64,000 nucleotides of DNA. Source: Octopus vulgaris (Eukaryota). Both the position numbers and the translations under genes were made by a program. The stretch lies in assembly GCA_951406725.2 (NCBI GenBank), contig OX597822.1, forward strand, positions 93,558,001 to 93,622,000. Reading direction: 5' to 3'. How positions within the stretch are numbered: the first letter of the stretch is position 1; each line of letters starts with the position of its first letter. Shown piece after piece: positions 12,621 to 25,730 of this stretch. The notes beneath the pieces are model-generated. The model was not told the origin of the DNA, did not search any database, and saw nothing but the letters and a program-made list of their open reading frames with translations.

Positions 12621-13533
12621 TATATATATATACACACACACGAATATATTCACCATGCATCACATCATGAAAACACCCTTACACACACACATACACACGA
12701 CACGCTATAATCGTTGAACACAAATCGAGTTAATATTATAGTCCCATTTCATATTAAACATCCATTTAGCTAGTCGTTCTTATCTCCTTCTTTGACGGTT
12801 CTTTACTTGAAATTCTTTACTCTCGTCTCTCTGTCACAAAGAATTCACTCGGCATCTATTTAAACTTAACACAATTCGCGACATGCGCTGGAGATAATCT
12901 TTAAAATGGTAAATGCTGTCAAGGTGCTTGGTGCCACCAATAAATCTACTTTGTCTACGAATCTCTACTTCCACACGTTTATAATTCTTCTTAATAGTTC
13001 GTTGTTCAGAAAACTTTGTATTCTCTGGCACCTACCTGCCGCCATTTTGTATATTTTAACAATTTGCTTGAATTACAAATTAAACTTAAGGGATTTATTA
13101 AATATGTAGGGACTGACAAAAGATATTTTTTAAATGTAAAAAAAAGATTAATTATAATTTATCTTTTGTCGTTAATTCTGACTTTAATTTGTTAGATGAC
13201 TAAAACCCTTATTTTGTTAAACATCAATGGTGAAAAATGTCCTGAATGCCCGACTCTATGAGGTGAGACGGATATGTGGAGTGCTCCTGGGTGGACGATG
13301 TATGACGTCGGCTAGTTTAGAGGAACAGATGAGATGGTAGATGACCAGTAGAGGAAACTGTGTTGTTAAATTGAAAGGAGCTGTGCGATCGAGTCTAGTT
13401 TGTTGTGAGTAAATCGTTGCCATTGTGGATAGCTGTGTGTATAGTGATAACATCGTCCCAAGTGTGCACGTGCGCGTATATGTGCGTAGGCAGAGATAAA
13501 TTTTGTTGTAAAAATCAAGAATTTATATTGCAT

Positions 13534-13592
<59 letters not shown>

Positions 13593-13595
13593 GTG

Positions 13596-13640
<45 letters not shown>

Positions 13641-13690
13641 CAAAAACTGTCTGATGAACGGCAACGAGAAACTCAGAGTAACAGATTTTG
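13641..13690 (+). ncRNA. Type I hammerhead ribozyme motif
   Basis: caaaaactgt CTGATGA acg-gcaa-cga GAAA ctc-a-gag TA acagattttg: stem I 9/10 pairs, canonical core, GUA triplet; first pair of stem II mismatched. Confidence 0.75.
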
Positions 13691-14579
13691 TTGAATTTTC
13701 TGCTGCTTAAAATAAAGTATATATATATATATATACATATACACATAAAGTTAGACATTTTATTCATAAGTTCAAAATATGTTCAAACAAATATTTCCAA
13801 GAAAAACAAGCTCGAATTACTTAGTTGAACAATCGGAAATGTGTTACTCAGAGTACTGGAAGATATGAGCCTTTCAGTTATATTGTATTAAAGAACAATC
13901 TTCATGCATTGAGTTCTGTAATTGATCGCTTCTCGAAGGATCAAGAAATTTTTTTAAAATATGGTTTGTCGATAAGTTTAAGTTCTAAAGCACAAAACTC
14001 TCAGCGCTTGTGTCACTCTTTTGCTTCTGCTATTGAAAAAAACAAGAGCAGCTACCAGCAACCAACAACCAGGGTACGAAATGCAACAACATGCAATTTT
14101 TACGAACCGCCAAGCAATTTACTGTGAAAGAACAACTTTCTTTCTTTCAATTTTTCTTTTTTGTTCAGTATGAAAAGATCGTCTCAAACGACCAAAACCT
14201 CCACATATTTTCTTTTTGTTTTCCGTGATAATGTCCTCCAAACGTTTTTTTCTCTTTCTCTTATTTTTCAATATATATTTACTCGTGGGTGTTCTCTGAA
14301 CCTTTTTAAATATATTTATATATGTGTATGTGTATGTGTATGTGTGTGTGTGTGTGTGTGTATATATATACACACGCATACACATGTACGTATATGTATA
14401 TATATATGTATGTACATAGATAAACTCACAGACAGTATCATTAACAGTAGTTCGGTGACATTCCATTACAATATAAGCTTTTCTCTCTGATCAGAAGCAT
14501 ACATTAACGATACGTAGACGTAAAAGAATAATCGCGTTTAAATCTTTTTCTCTTTAATACATACATATTACACACACAT

Positions 14580-14610
<31 letters not shown>

Positions 14611-14611
<1 letters not shown>

Positions 14612-14643
14612 TTCCGACGAAGAGCTCCGCTCGAAACGTCAAA
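14611..14643 (+). ncRNA. Minimal hammerhead variant (core CCGACGA)
   Basis: ttt CCGACGA a gagc-tcc-gctc GAAA cg TC aaa; second copy at 48758-48790 (-). Confidence 0.65.
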
Positions 14644-14736
14644 CCCTCCTTCTTCCCTTCTTTCCTGAGCGTCCAATAATACTTTATTTGTTCCACATCC
14701 TTGCGTTGTTGTCTTTTTGTTTTCTTGTTTGGATTA

Positions 14737-14810
<74 letters not shown>

Positions 14811-15221
14811 ATCTTTGAAATGCTTTACTATTTTCTTCCGTTTATTATTCTTTGGTATTTATTCAAAATATACAATCGGACTTGTTTTTCTAAAGATCAG
14901 GAAGCCTTTACATATCTCCTGCATTTTCTTTTGGTAACTGCAGAAGTTAAATAGAAAACATTAAATACTGAGGGAAAGACAATGTTTGCAGCCATTGTGC
15001 TATTAATCTGGCTTTTCCGGGAATATGGGGGATGATAATGTTTGCTCAGCTTTCTCGTCTATCATCCCTCTGGTTTTTACTGCCAAAACCTTTTTTTATT
15101 GTTAGAAATTTTTTTTTTTTTTATAGTTTGCTGGTCAAATCACTACACATTCTGGACAGGAAGTGATTGAATGTACTTGTATAAATACACATACACTTAT
15201 ACACAGGCGACACACTCACTC

Positions 15222-15256
<35 letters not shown>

Positions 15257-15356
15257 TGTATGTATGTATGTATGTATGTATGTATGTATGTATGTATGTA
15301 TGTATGTATACACACATACAATGAGAACGCGGAAGCAATATGAGGCAGCGTGCATG

Positions 15357-15434
<78 letters not shown>

Positions 15435-15488
15435 CATACATATACATACATATATATATACATATATACATACATATACATACATATA

Positions 15489-15526
<38 letters not shown>

Positions 15527-15664
15527 CATACACATATATACACATACATATATATATACATACATATATTTATATATATATATATATATGTATGTATATA
15601 ATATATATATATATATATTATATACATATATATATATGTATGTATGTATATGTATGTATGTATG

Positions 15665-15712
<48 letters not shown>

Positions 15713-15897
15713 TAGATGAATGAATTATCCTAGTATAGATAATTCTGTTAATCGATACCTGGGTAGCAAATTCACTTCAGTAAAACACGGTTGAAGTTAC
15801 ATGCCAAGGGCTGAACCCCGTGGAAATTTGTGTGTTTTTTTATATGAATAAATGAAAAGAATGGAGTCGAACGAAGATTTTATCAAAATTCCTTTAC

Positions 15898-15978
15898 TTT
15901 CGACATATGTTTCGAAGACTGCATATTCTTAATTCTGAAGGAATGAAGGTTGCATTATACCGTCTTCTCATCAGGAAA
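15898..15978 (-). ncRNA. Type I hammerhead ribozyme, canonical core
   Basis: Reverse complement: tttc CTGATGA gaagacggtata...tatgcagtcttc GAAA catatg TC gaaa. Confidence 0.85.
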
Positions 15979-16185
15979 TACAAGGAACCTCTATCAGCCA
16001 CGAGACGAACAAAAGCTTCTTACCGTCTGCCTACATGGTTTCCACAGTGATAATGAGTATTTATTTAAAATAATCCGTTATATGCAATGGCGTCAAAATT
16101 GGATGGAAGGAGGAAGTTATAAAAAAATAGGAAGGGGACGGTAAGAAGCTTTTGTTCATCTCGAGGCTGATAGAGGTTCGTTGTA

Positions 16186-16266
16186 TTTCCTGATGAGAAG
16201 ACGGCATAATGCAACCTTCATTCCTTCAGAATTAAGAATATGCAGTCTTCGAAACATATGTCGAAA
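16186..16266 (+). ncRNA. Type I hammerhead ribozyme, canonical core, palindromic stem III
   Basis: tttc CTGATGA gaagacggcata...tatgcagtcttc GAAA catatg TC gaaa; predicted cleavage after GUC at 16262. Confidence 0.88.
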
Positions 16267-16337
16267 GTAAAGGAATTTTGATAAAATCTTCGTTCGACTC
16301 CATTCTTTTCATTTATATATATATATATATGTATATA

Positions 16338-16417
<80 letters not shown>

Positions 16418-16521
16418 TGTATGTATGTATATATATATTATATATGTATGTATATATATATATGCAAGGCGGCGAGCTGGCAGAAACGTTAGCACTCCGG
16501 GCGAAATGTTTAGCGGCATTT

Positions 16522-17688
16522 GGATCTAGTCTTTTTTCATTCGCAAAATGAGCCCCCTTTAATTTTGCTCAAATTGCTTTCAATTTTGGTATATCGATGC
16601 CACTCTGAATTTTGATTACAATCAACCAATTACTTTATCTCCTAACTTAAAGAATCTGATGTTATTTGGAATTAAAGTCGTTTAGCCAATCAACAGATAG
16701 TGTGGCATTAGCAGCTTGTTACCATGACAACCGTATGCTGTGTTGTGGTTCACTGTTTACTGTGCTGCTGTTTCTTTGTTGATTTTTCATACACGAGATT
16801 CTTTTCACCCGCGTGTTTTGTTTTAATTTCCTTAAGTCTTTTCTTTATGATTTCACTAGTTCAATTCTATTCATAAAAATTTAATTTGGGAGTATTATTT
16901 AAACCGTTAGCTTAACTGAAACTTAGCACGCGTAACAGGAACTGAGAGGGATACCGTGGAACAGAGAAACTGTGGGTGATACAGATAATTTAACATTATT
17001 TTTGAATTCCGCATGCCAAAACATATAAGATACTGGTATTCTTTAGTTTGGGATAAATTCTCTGTTGACCAGTGTTATTCTTATCGTAGTTTACAAATCC
17101 AAGCATGAAAACGTTCCTCAACTTTGGAGTTTTGGAGGCAGACGCTCCATTCACACATACATGAATGCATAAATGCACATATAAACTTATATATGAATAC
17201 ATACACCTACATGCGCTTATATATTAATGATGTACACAAAAACATGACATAAACATAATGCTGAAATACGCATAAACACATGCAGACAAATATATTAATA
17301 TAACAAATTTTTAAAAAATAATAAAAACATACAACCAATGAAAAGACAAAAGACACAGTAAGATGATACATGTTGATTTAATTAGGTATTTCTGTTTATT
17401 TAGAAACCTACAATAAACAGGTCATGACACAGACGCTAAACTACAAATTTCACACGGTAAAACCTTAAAGTTGACACCGCTCCGCTAACCGCAGAAAATT
17501 TATGTCTTGCTATTGGCTAAAAAATACAGAGCTTTTTTCCGATCTTTAAACCTCTGTAACTCTTTCCTCCAATTTTTTTTCCATAACATAGCAATGAGAC
17601 TGGAAGACTACATTATTATAGCTGATTTTCAGATTTTTTTTACTTCGTTTTAAAAAATGCATATTTTACGCATGAAAAAACTAGATCC
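16522..17688. mobile_element. Non-autonomous TIR element (MULE-like) inserted into a SINE B copy
   Basis: TIRs ggatctagtcttttttcattcgcaaaat / attttacgcatgaaaaaactagatcc; imperfect 9-bp flanks gcggcattt / gcaggattt; SINE B halves at ~16468-16521 and ~17689-17880. Confidence 0.75.
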
Positions 17689-18135
17689 GCAGGATTTCGT
17701 CTGCCGTTACTGTCTGAGTTCAAATTCCGCCGAGGTTGACTTTGCCTTTCATCCCTTCGGAGTCGATTAAATAAGTACCAGTTACGCATTGAGATCGATG
17801 TAATCAACTTAATATCCCCTTTGCCTGTCCTTGTTTGTCCCCTCTATGTTTAGCCCCCTGCTGGGCAATAAAGAAATAAATATATATATACATACACGAG
17901 TGTGTGTGTGTGTGTGTGTGTGTGTGAGCGTCCCCCATCGCTACTTGACAACTGGCGTTGGAGTGTTTACTTCTCCGTACCTTAACGGTTCGGCAAAAGA
18001 CTCCGACAGAATAAATATCAGGCTTTAAAAAGACAAACAATTACTGGGGTTGATTTGTTCGACTAAAAATTCCTCAAGGCAGCGTCCCGGCATGGTCGCA
18101 GTTTCATGATGAAACAAGTCAAAAGAAATTAATCT

Positions 18136-18352
18136 GATGAAACAAAAAATATTTTAAATCGTTATTAACCGACTGTACATGGCTTTTACATGGTTTTACA
18201 CATATGTAAAAAAAAAAAACTTTTATTCAATTTTACTGAATTTATTCAAATTGAATAAAACTTTTTTTTTAAATATGTGTAATGCCATCATGTATAGACT
18301 GTAAAAGTCATGTATTCTAAGTTAATAACTGATTTAAAATATCGTTTGTTAT
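18136..18352. repeat. Degenerate fold-back element
   Basis: atattttaaatc...tacatggcttttaca...ttttattcaattt is mirrored by aaattgaataaaa...tgtaaaagtcatgta...gatttaaaatat. Confidence 0.7.
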
Positions 18353-18369
18353 CTAACATATTTATAGTA

Positions 18370-18510
18370 TAAGGTTGTCCCAAAAGTTCGTAGAAAGTCT
18401 TGGAAAATAATGGTCTTTATTTTGAGGAATAATTTTTGTTGTTTTTGTTAGTACTTGGCGAGTAAAAATTCAATTTTCGCAAGTATTTACGAACTTTTGG
18501 GACAACCTAA
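18370..18510. mobile_element. mariner-type MITE
   Basis: TIR taaggttgtcccaaaagttcgta / tacgaacttttgggacaacctaa, flanked by TA. Confidence 0.8.
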
Positions 18511-18842
18511 TATTTAGATAAAAAAAAAATTCCTGTAACTTTTTTCCTAGTTAAAATTGTAACCTTTTTCTGACTTTTCTCCTACAGCCTTTTGCACGGC
18601 ATCGTAATTTCAACCACTGTTTGTCTATTCTTTTATGCGTGTTACTATACTTATTGTTTTTGCTTCAAGTCCGAACCGACTTTAGATCAAATTCCATTTC
18701 AACTTAATCATGATTTGTTTATTTGTCTTTCCGGGATTATATCGTCTAACATGTCCCCCTTTTTTTAGACAGAATATAATTTGAAGGGTTCAAAACAATT
18801 TCAATTTACAGGAGGCGCATGAAACAGCGTTCAATGAAATAC

Positions 18843-19108
18843 ATGTGTGTACAATCATATTTAACACGTTCGTGTACACTTGGATGTTTGAAGACCTTTC
18901 ACTGCGGAAATAGTCTCAGGAGGAAATTCATTTCATAGACAATATGTGTGAGAAACATATCATTTGGCTACGAATGACGTTATCAGATGATTGTGTTTTC
19001 ACACATTGTCTGTGAACAGAATTTTCTCTCGAAACAATTTTCGCAGCAAAAGGTCTTCCCACGTCTGAATGTACACTCGAATGTGTTAAATATGAGTGTA
19101 CACACATA
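18843..19108. repeat. Imperfect ~265-bp fold-back element
   Basis: atgtgtgtacaatcatatttaacac...gaagacctt...agacaat is mirrored by attgtct...aaggtcttc...gtgttaaatatgagtgtacacacat. Confidence 0.8.
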
Positions 19109-19272
19109 TATGATAATATATAAGAATATATATTAAATTTAATTATTAGATATTAAAGCTGCAAAAGTCCTTCTTGTACATACTGTATTGTGCATAAAAT
19201 ATATTTGAATTAATTGCGAACCGTCAAAAGCAGAAATAAAAATTAAGCTATCCTCTACGGTGATAGCCTATT

Positions 19273-19652
19273 GGAAGCACTCCGTCGGTTACGACGATGA
19301 GGGTTCCGGTTGATCCGAATCAACGGAACAGCCTGCTCGTGAAATTAACGTGTAAGTGGATGAGCACTCCACAGACACGTGTACCCTTAGTTCTCAGGGA
19401 TATTCAGCGTGACACAGAGAATGACAAGGTCGGCCCCTTGAAATACAGGTACAACAGAAACAGGAAGTAAGAGTGAGAGAAAGTTGTGGTGAAAGAGTAC
19501 AGCAGGGATCACCACCATCCCCTGCCGGAGCCTCGTGGAGCTTTTAAGTGTTTTCGCTCAATAAACCCTCACAACGCCCGGTCTGGGAATCGAAACCGCG
19601 ATCCTATGACCGCGAGTCCGCTGCCCTAACCACTGGGCCATTGCGCCTCCAC
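19273..19652 (-). mobile_element. SINE family C, young, 11-bp TSD
   Basis: Near-identical reverse complement of 9870-10256; TSD gatagcctatt at 19262-19272 and 19653-19663. Confidence 0.9.
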
Positions 19653-20236
19653 GATAGCCTATTATATGGCGGCTGAATATTACTGTTGTTGATCAGGGAA
19701 GGAAAATGCTTTATTGAGAAGCGATCACAAAAACTTGAAACGGTCCACCAGGATACTCCTGATTTTTTTCCTACATCTCGAAAGCATAGAAGGAATTTAT
19801 TATTCTTATATTTCTTTCACAGCCAGGGTTCCTAATATTTAGATTTAATTCAGTCGGAGGCACGGCCTCGGTGGAATTTGAACTCAGAGAATAAAGAGTC
19901 GAAAGAAATGCCGCTAAAGGTTCTGCCAGATCGCCGCCTGAGTGATAATAACAATGATGATAATAAAGATTAAAAACAACCTAAATATGAATCCAAAAAA
20001 AAACCCTAGAAAACAAAGCTATCCCCACCCACTTCTGAAGAAAAGTGGAAGTGCTGAAGTCACAAGTCAGTGACAATTACTGATAATTGTGAAAAAAAAA
20101 GTATTTAAAAAAAGGGGAAAAAAATACCGTTATCTGATAGCAAACAAGTTTCTATTTTCTTCGCGCTTGGCTTATTAACATCGAGGGCTATATAAATATA
20201 TATATATATGCGCGTTTGTGTATGTGTGTGTTTGTA

Positions 20237-20271
<35 letters not shown>

Positions 20272-20400
20272 ATGAAGACGTTCAGTGACTTCGGGGAGTA
20301 AAGTTTTAGGCAGGCGGTATGATATAAAAAAAACAAGCTTTTTGAAGTTTGATTAATTCCTTTTGTCATTTGTACAGCATCAGTTAAGAGGATATACATA

Positions 20401-20456
<56 letters not shown>

Positions 20457-20732
20457 CATACATACGTACATACATACATACATACATACATACATACATA
20501 CATACATACATACATACATACATACACTTACGTACACGGACACACGGACACACACACATATCTATAGGTATGTAAGTAGGTGGTAAATAAAATAGAAAAA
20601 TAACGTGTGCTGATTACTTTTTGTTGTTGTTGTTCTATTGGTTATTTGACCAGATCTTGTACCGTGTGTTCTCTCATTCTCACCGCTGAAATTTTGTCTC
20701 ATGTTTACCGCCTGCTGAAGAAGTTTACATAT

Positions 20733-21173
20733 ACTCTTTTACTTGTTTCAGTCATTTGACTGCGGCCATGCTGGAGCACCGCCTTTAGTCGAGCAAATCG
20801 ACCCCGGGACTTATTTATTATTTGTAAGCCCAGTACTTATTCTATCGGTCTCTTTTGCCGAACCGCTAAGTGACGGGGACGTAAACACACCAGCATCGGT
20901 TGTCAAGCAATGCTAGGGGGACAAACACAGACACACAAGCATACACACACACACACACACATATATATATACATATATACGACAGGCTTCTTTCAGTTTC
21001 CGTCTACCAAATCCACTCACAAGGCATTTGTCGGCCCAGGGCTATAGTAGAAGACACATGCCCAAGGTGCCACGCAGTGGGACTGAACCCGGAACCCTAT
21101 ATATACATATATACTGAACCCGGAACCATGTGGCTGGTTAGCAAGCTACTTACCACACAGCCACTCCTGCGCC
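20733..21173 (-). mobile_element. SINE family A, full length
   Basis: Reverse complement of family A, ending ccactcctgcgcc; small internal duplication of actgaacccggaacc. Confidence 0.85.
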
Positions 21174-21229
21174 TATGTTGTCTTCATTTTGTTGAGATGA
21201 TAATAATGATGATGATTTTCTTTAACCGG

Positions 21230-21730
21230 GACAGTAACGCTGTGTTCATATGCCTGGTGGCCATGACGAAAGAAGCTGTATAGTGGACGAGATTGAAATG
21301 GCTGAAGACAAACATTCTTCTCTTTGGCCAATCCCTGATCAATTTCTTCAAGTTTCACTTGAAAAGGAAATTAAGGGTAGAGAAGGAAGTATTGTCTTCT
21401 AGCCAGTTTGCTGAAAAGTGGATGAATGAAAGTGGCGCGAATGGTTCGATTGAACGGGCCTGCCCTGAGCATATGCCTGTGGTTGGAAAAAAGGCACCTA
21501 CCCCAAAAGTCAGGGTAGCAATGTCTTTTTATGGAATTTTTCCATGAGCAGACCTCAAACGTCTCCTTCCTGTCGGGGATCACAAATCGTTGATTTTTAA
21601 AAAAAATTGTTAGTCTTATTTACACGCAAAACTCTGAAAACAACACACAGTCACATACATACATTCTTTGTTTTGCCCTGTACTGCCCATAATGTTTTTT
21701 CTTAAAGAAAACCTCTGCGGTTAATAAAGA
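21230..21730 (+). mobile_element. L1/Tx1-like LINE ORF2 C-terminus and 3' UTR remnant
   Basis: FICLVAMTKEAV*WTRLKWLKT...LINFFKFHLKRKLRVEKEVLSSSQFAEKWMN resembles Tx1-type ORF2 ends; aataaa near 21723. Confidence 0.6.
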
Positions 21731-21745
21731 AATCATTATTATTAT

Positions 21746-22297
21746 TGAGTGAGAGAGCAGTGCATGCCATCAAAGTGACACTGGGGTAAAATATACGAAG
21801 CCAATAATAACTACCCATCATGACTGCCCATCTGATAAGGGCACACCAGGCACGTGCATCATAACTATATGTGCGCTCACATCAAGATAAACAGCGCATG
21901 ATCTTGCAGGTGGAGGCCCAGTTAGATTTTCTTCAGGTCGAGTGGCCCATCCCATTCAAATGGTCCCTGAATAATGGTTGTTTAAGGATGTTGAACAAAA
22001 CACCCACGTTTCCAAATGTGAATTATCCAAGCTCCAAAAAATCCCTCTTAACACATGGGTATGATGCCCCCCCCCCCCTCTACTTCTGCTCGTGATCAGA
22101 GATGCACATATCGTCAGCCAATCAGGGACATGCTCAACTGGTTAAGGTCAAACGACTGACAAGTAAATCTGTGGTATTGAGCAGAATATTTGCTGTAGCC
22201 CATCTTTTATACTAAGACAAAACAATGTGTATGATGACACTTCCAATCAGTTAAGATCAGAAGTCATAAGAGCCACTTCCAGGTACTGCATCAGGGC

Positions 22298-22299
<2 letters not shown>
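21746..22299 (-). mobile_element. ~550-bp retroposon family E flanked by (TAT)n
   Basis: Reverse complement of 31801-32355; (tat)n on both sides. Confidence 0.75.
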
Positions 22300-22331
<32 letters not shown>

Positions 22332-23309
22332 AAGGCGGCCAGCTGGAAGAATCGTTAGCTCGCCGGCGAAATGTATAGCGGCATTTCGTCTGCCTTTACG
22401 TTCTAAGTTCAAATTCCGCCGGGGTCGACTTTGGCCTTCATATTTCGGGGTCGATAAAATAAGTCCCAGTTGAACACTGGAATCAATGGAATCGACTTAT
22501 TCCCTCCCCCAAAATTGCTGCCTTTGTGGCAAAATTTGAAGCCATTATCATCATCATCATCATCATTATTATTATTATTATTATTATTATTGATGTTATT
22601 CCGTTGTATTAGTTCCTGGACATGATCACCGTAGTTGTAGTGGTGAGTAAAGGGAAGCGGAGCGAGGTGTCTCATTACTATTTTCATTATTTTTGTCTTT
22701 GGTCCCTTTATGTATTTCTAGTTTAGGTCCGTTGTTATTGTTTCTATTTATTTTTTATTTTTTAACAACTTAACATTTATTTTATTTTAGTTTATTTTTT
22801 ATATCTTTTTAGCTATGCTCTAATTAAACTTCTTCAGTCCATAGGTTGGTAGGTACATTCGTTGTCAGCAGGGATTTTCTGTATTAAAGTTAATACATAC
22901 ATACATACATACATACATACATACATACATACATACATACATACATACTTACCTGCGTGTGGTGTGTAAAAACTCTTTAATCTATAAAGCCACTCAGTTT
23001 TCTAATGTCCAACTCCTGCAACCCGAAATATCATCATCAATCTTCAGAAATTTGGACGATGACATCAAGTTGTTCTAGATTAACAAGATCTGTTTATAAA
23101 TCTCACACACGCACATGCACAAGCCCAAGCACACAGACACACACACATACACACTTGTACGTCCGCCTGCGCGTATTAATCGCAATAATTAAAATTTTTT
23201 TTTTGTGTGTGATTCATCGGTTCATATATATATTCTAGAAATTTGGAAGGTTTTTAAGAGAGACAGTTATCACTGTCCTAGATTATTGCAATTTTAGTAT
23301 ACCGTTACT

Positions 23310-24110
23310 ATACATCTAATAAGTTGTTGACATACCAACATTTTTATTCCAGATTAAAGGAGACGGCTGTAACAGCACTTTGACTACACCCTGCTAAATA
23401 CTGCTTGTTACAGCTGACTAGTTTGTAAAACGCATTCAGGTCGTTTGGAAGCTCGCTATGCAATAAAATTTTGTGCTGATGTGGATAAAAAGGCTAAGAA
23501 ACTTATAAAATGCTCCAGGCGGCTTATGAATTAAGTTTTTCGCGGTTCAAAGACTGTAGAGAGAAGGTAAGAGACGAGGAGAGATGTCGGAGGGAGAGGA
23601 ATGTCAGAATATCAGAGTTGGATGAGAAAATTCGCAATTTTCTGGACGAATATCGTCGTGTGTCTATAAAGACAGTAAGCATACAGTTTAGAGTCGGTGT
23701 GACAAATGAAGGTCTGAAAATTGGCGAAATGTTTGAGAAGTATGTTCCCAAGGAGATTAGTGATGAGTATCCTTGTAACCGACTACTTGACAAGAGATGG
23801 GCATCACACAGTCCCTCATCTTTCCTGCAGTCCAGAAGTTGTTGTCTATGACACGATTATTCCGCACGCAAACTCAAGAATTTCAGTGGCAGTCGTTTTG
23901 AAGACATTGAGGACTTGAAGGCGATGACAAGGGTCTTGAACATCTTCAGTTTGGAGGGCGTCTATAGGGCCTTCACGAAGTGACTAGAGCGCTGCATCAA
24001 GTGCATTGAAGTCGGAAGAACCTGCTTTGAGGGAGATTAGAGTTTTTGTATTTCTATGAAATTAATAAACGTCTCTGCTGAAAGTCTCAAAAAACTTTTG
24101 GAATGCACTG
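23310..24110 (+). pseudogene. Decayed mariner transposon
   Basis: MLQAAY...FSRFKDCREKVRDEERC and HHTVPHLSCSPEVVVYD (cf. HPPYSPDLAPCD); right end ttttggaatgcactgTA. Confidence 0.7.
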
Positions 24111-24238
24111 TATCATAAATATTAGGCTCGAAACGTAAAAGACTTTCTCACGTTTCCGTGTTTCAAACTATTACACCTGCTTGTTGTTTATACACTTATC
24201 TTCGTCTTTTGTTTTTCTGTAAATTTCAACTATGTGTA

Positions 24239-25433
24239 CAGGAGTTGGACAAAATATGGGGCAGGACCGCCTTTGGCAGTAATTACACCTTGAACTCTAC
24301 AAGGTATGAACTCGTACAAAGTTTGAATTGTTTCCAAAGTAATTTTTGTCCATTCTTCAGCTAAAACAGTCTCCAGTTCTTGTAGTGAGGATGGTGGAGG
24401 ATATCGACTCGTCGCTTGTTTTTCTAAAATGCACCACAAATGTTTAATATTGAGACCTGAGGACTATGGTAGTTCACATTCACTAGAATGTTCCTCGTGC
24501 CAGTTAGTAACAACTTTAGCTGCGTGAATTGGTGCATTATCATCCCTCCGAAACAGTTCCACAACCATAGGATGTATCTGATTAGATAAAATGCTTAATT
24601 AATTCTGCCATGAATGGAAATCACTGAGTCGGCGGATCTCCAAGATATAACCCCATAGATCATCACAGACCCCCCTCCATGTTTAACAGTTTGGAAGAAA
24701 GCAATCTGGGTCAAATGCTTCTTTTGGCTGTCTCCACACGTCACGTATACTCGTTCGGTGGTCGGAAATACGGTAAAGGATGACTCGTCCGAGAAAATAA
24801 CAGTCTTCTACTGCTCTAGGGGCCAATTCTGTAGGTTTTTACTCCACTCTAAACGCTTTGCAACGTTTGTTTTTGAAAGTAGTGGTTTTCTGATTCCAGC
24901 CCTCCCGTGAAATCCGGTTTTGTGCAGCTCCCAACGAACAGTTTTTGTGGAAACTGGGTTCTCGAGGTGGTCATAAAGCTCTGCAGTAATTTTGGGAGCT
25001 GTATTTTTGTGATCCTTTCTAAGAATTCGCATATGAGGCCGACGGTCCCTATCTGAAAGTTTTGGTTTTCTTCCGGAGTTTGTTTTTTTTCGACAAGAGG
25101 ATTTTTCACTCTTTCTCAAAGGCTGCCATTACTTTCGAGACAGTACTTCTTAATACACCAAACATTTCGGTTGTTTTCGTTATGCTAACGCCTGCCATTC
25201 GAGTACTAATAATTTGACCTCTTTGAAAGTCCGATAGATCTGTCATTTTAATGAATTTTAATTACCTTTTTCTGATGATATCTGAAAATAAACAGCAATT
25301 TTAGCGAAACATATTAAGCAACTCTAATAATAATAAAAAAAAAACACGAAAATAAGCTTTTGACGGTTTTATAGATATTTCAAAATTATGGTGCACTGAT
25401 GATAGGTATTTCCATTATTTTGTCCAACCCTTG
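24239..25433 (-). mobile_element. Tc1-like transposon with disrupted transposase (ATG at 25246)
   Basis: TIRs caggagttggacaaaata / tattttgtccaacccttg with TA flanks; MTDLSDFQRGQIISTRMAGVSITKT...SGRKPKLSDRDRR...IFSDESSF...ITAKGGPAPY, with stops and frameshifts. Confidence 0.92.
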
Positions 25434-25465
<32 letters not shown>

Positions 25466-25730
25466 TGTATAAGTACATATATGTGTTCACATATGTGTGC
25501 GTGTGTTCATTATATATATATATATATATTATTGTATATACATATATGCATATTATATATATCATAAACAGCAAATAAGTAACAAGGATGTCAAGGTATT
25601 AATGCGATATGGCCACTTCAGGCGGCTCCATTTAATTCATATATTTGAAATACAGCACCATCTTCAGTTGCAAAATGCAAGTTTTCAACAGAGAGGTTAT
25701 TCTATTATAACTTTTAGCAAATATTTTATC

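Larger units (their letters stand above)
15848..16316. repeat. Inverted repeat, 180-bp arms (15848-16027 / 16137-16316), each carrying a hammerhead
   Basis: Arms are reverse complements with a few mismatches; ~109-bp spacer. Confidence 0.95.

Noticed and set aside
25272-25290. ctgatgatatctgaaa hammerhead-like string
   Set aside because: No stems I or III; lies within the Tc1 5' region; chance match.
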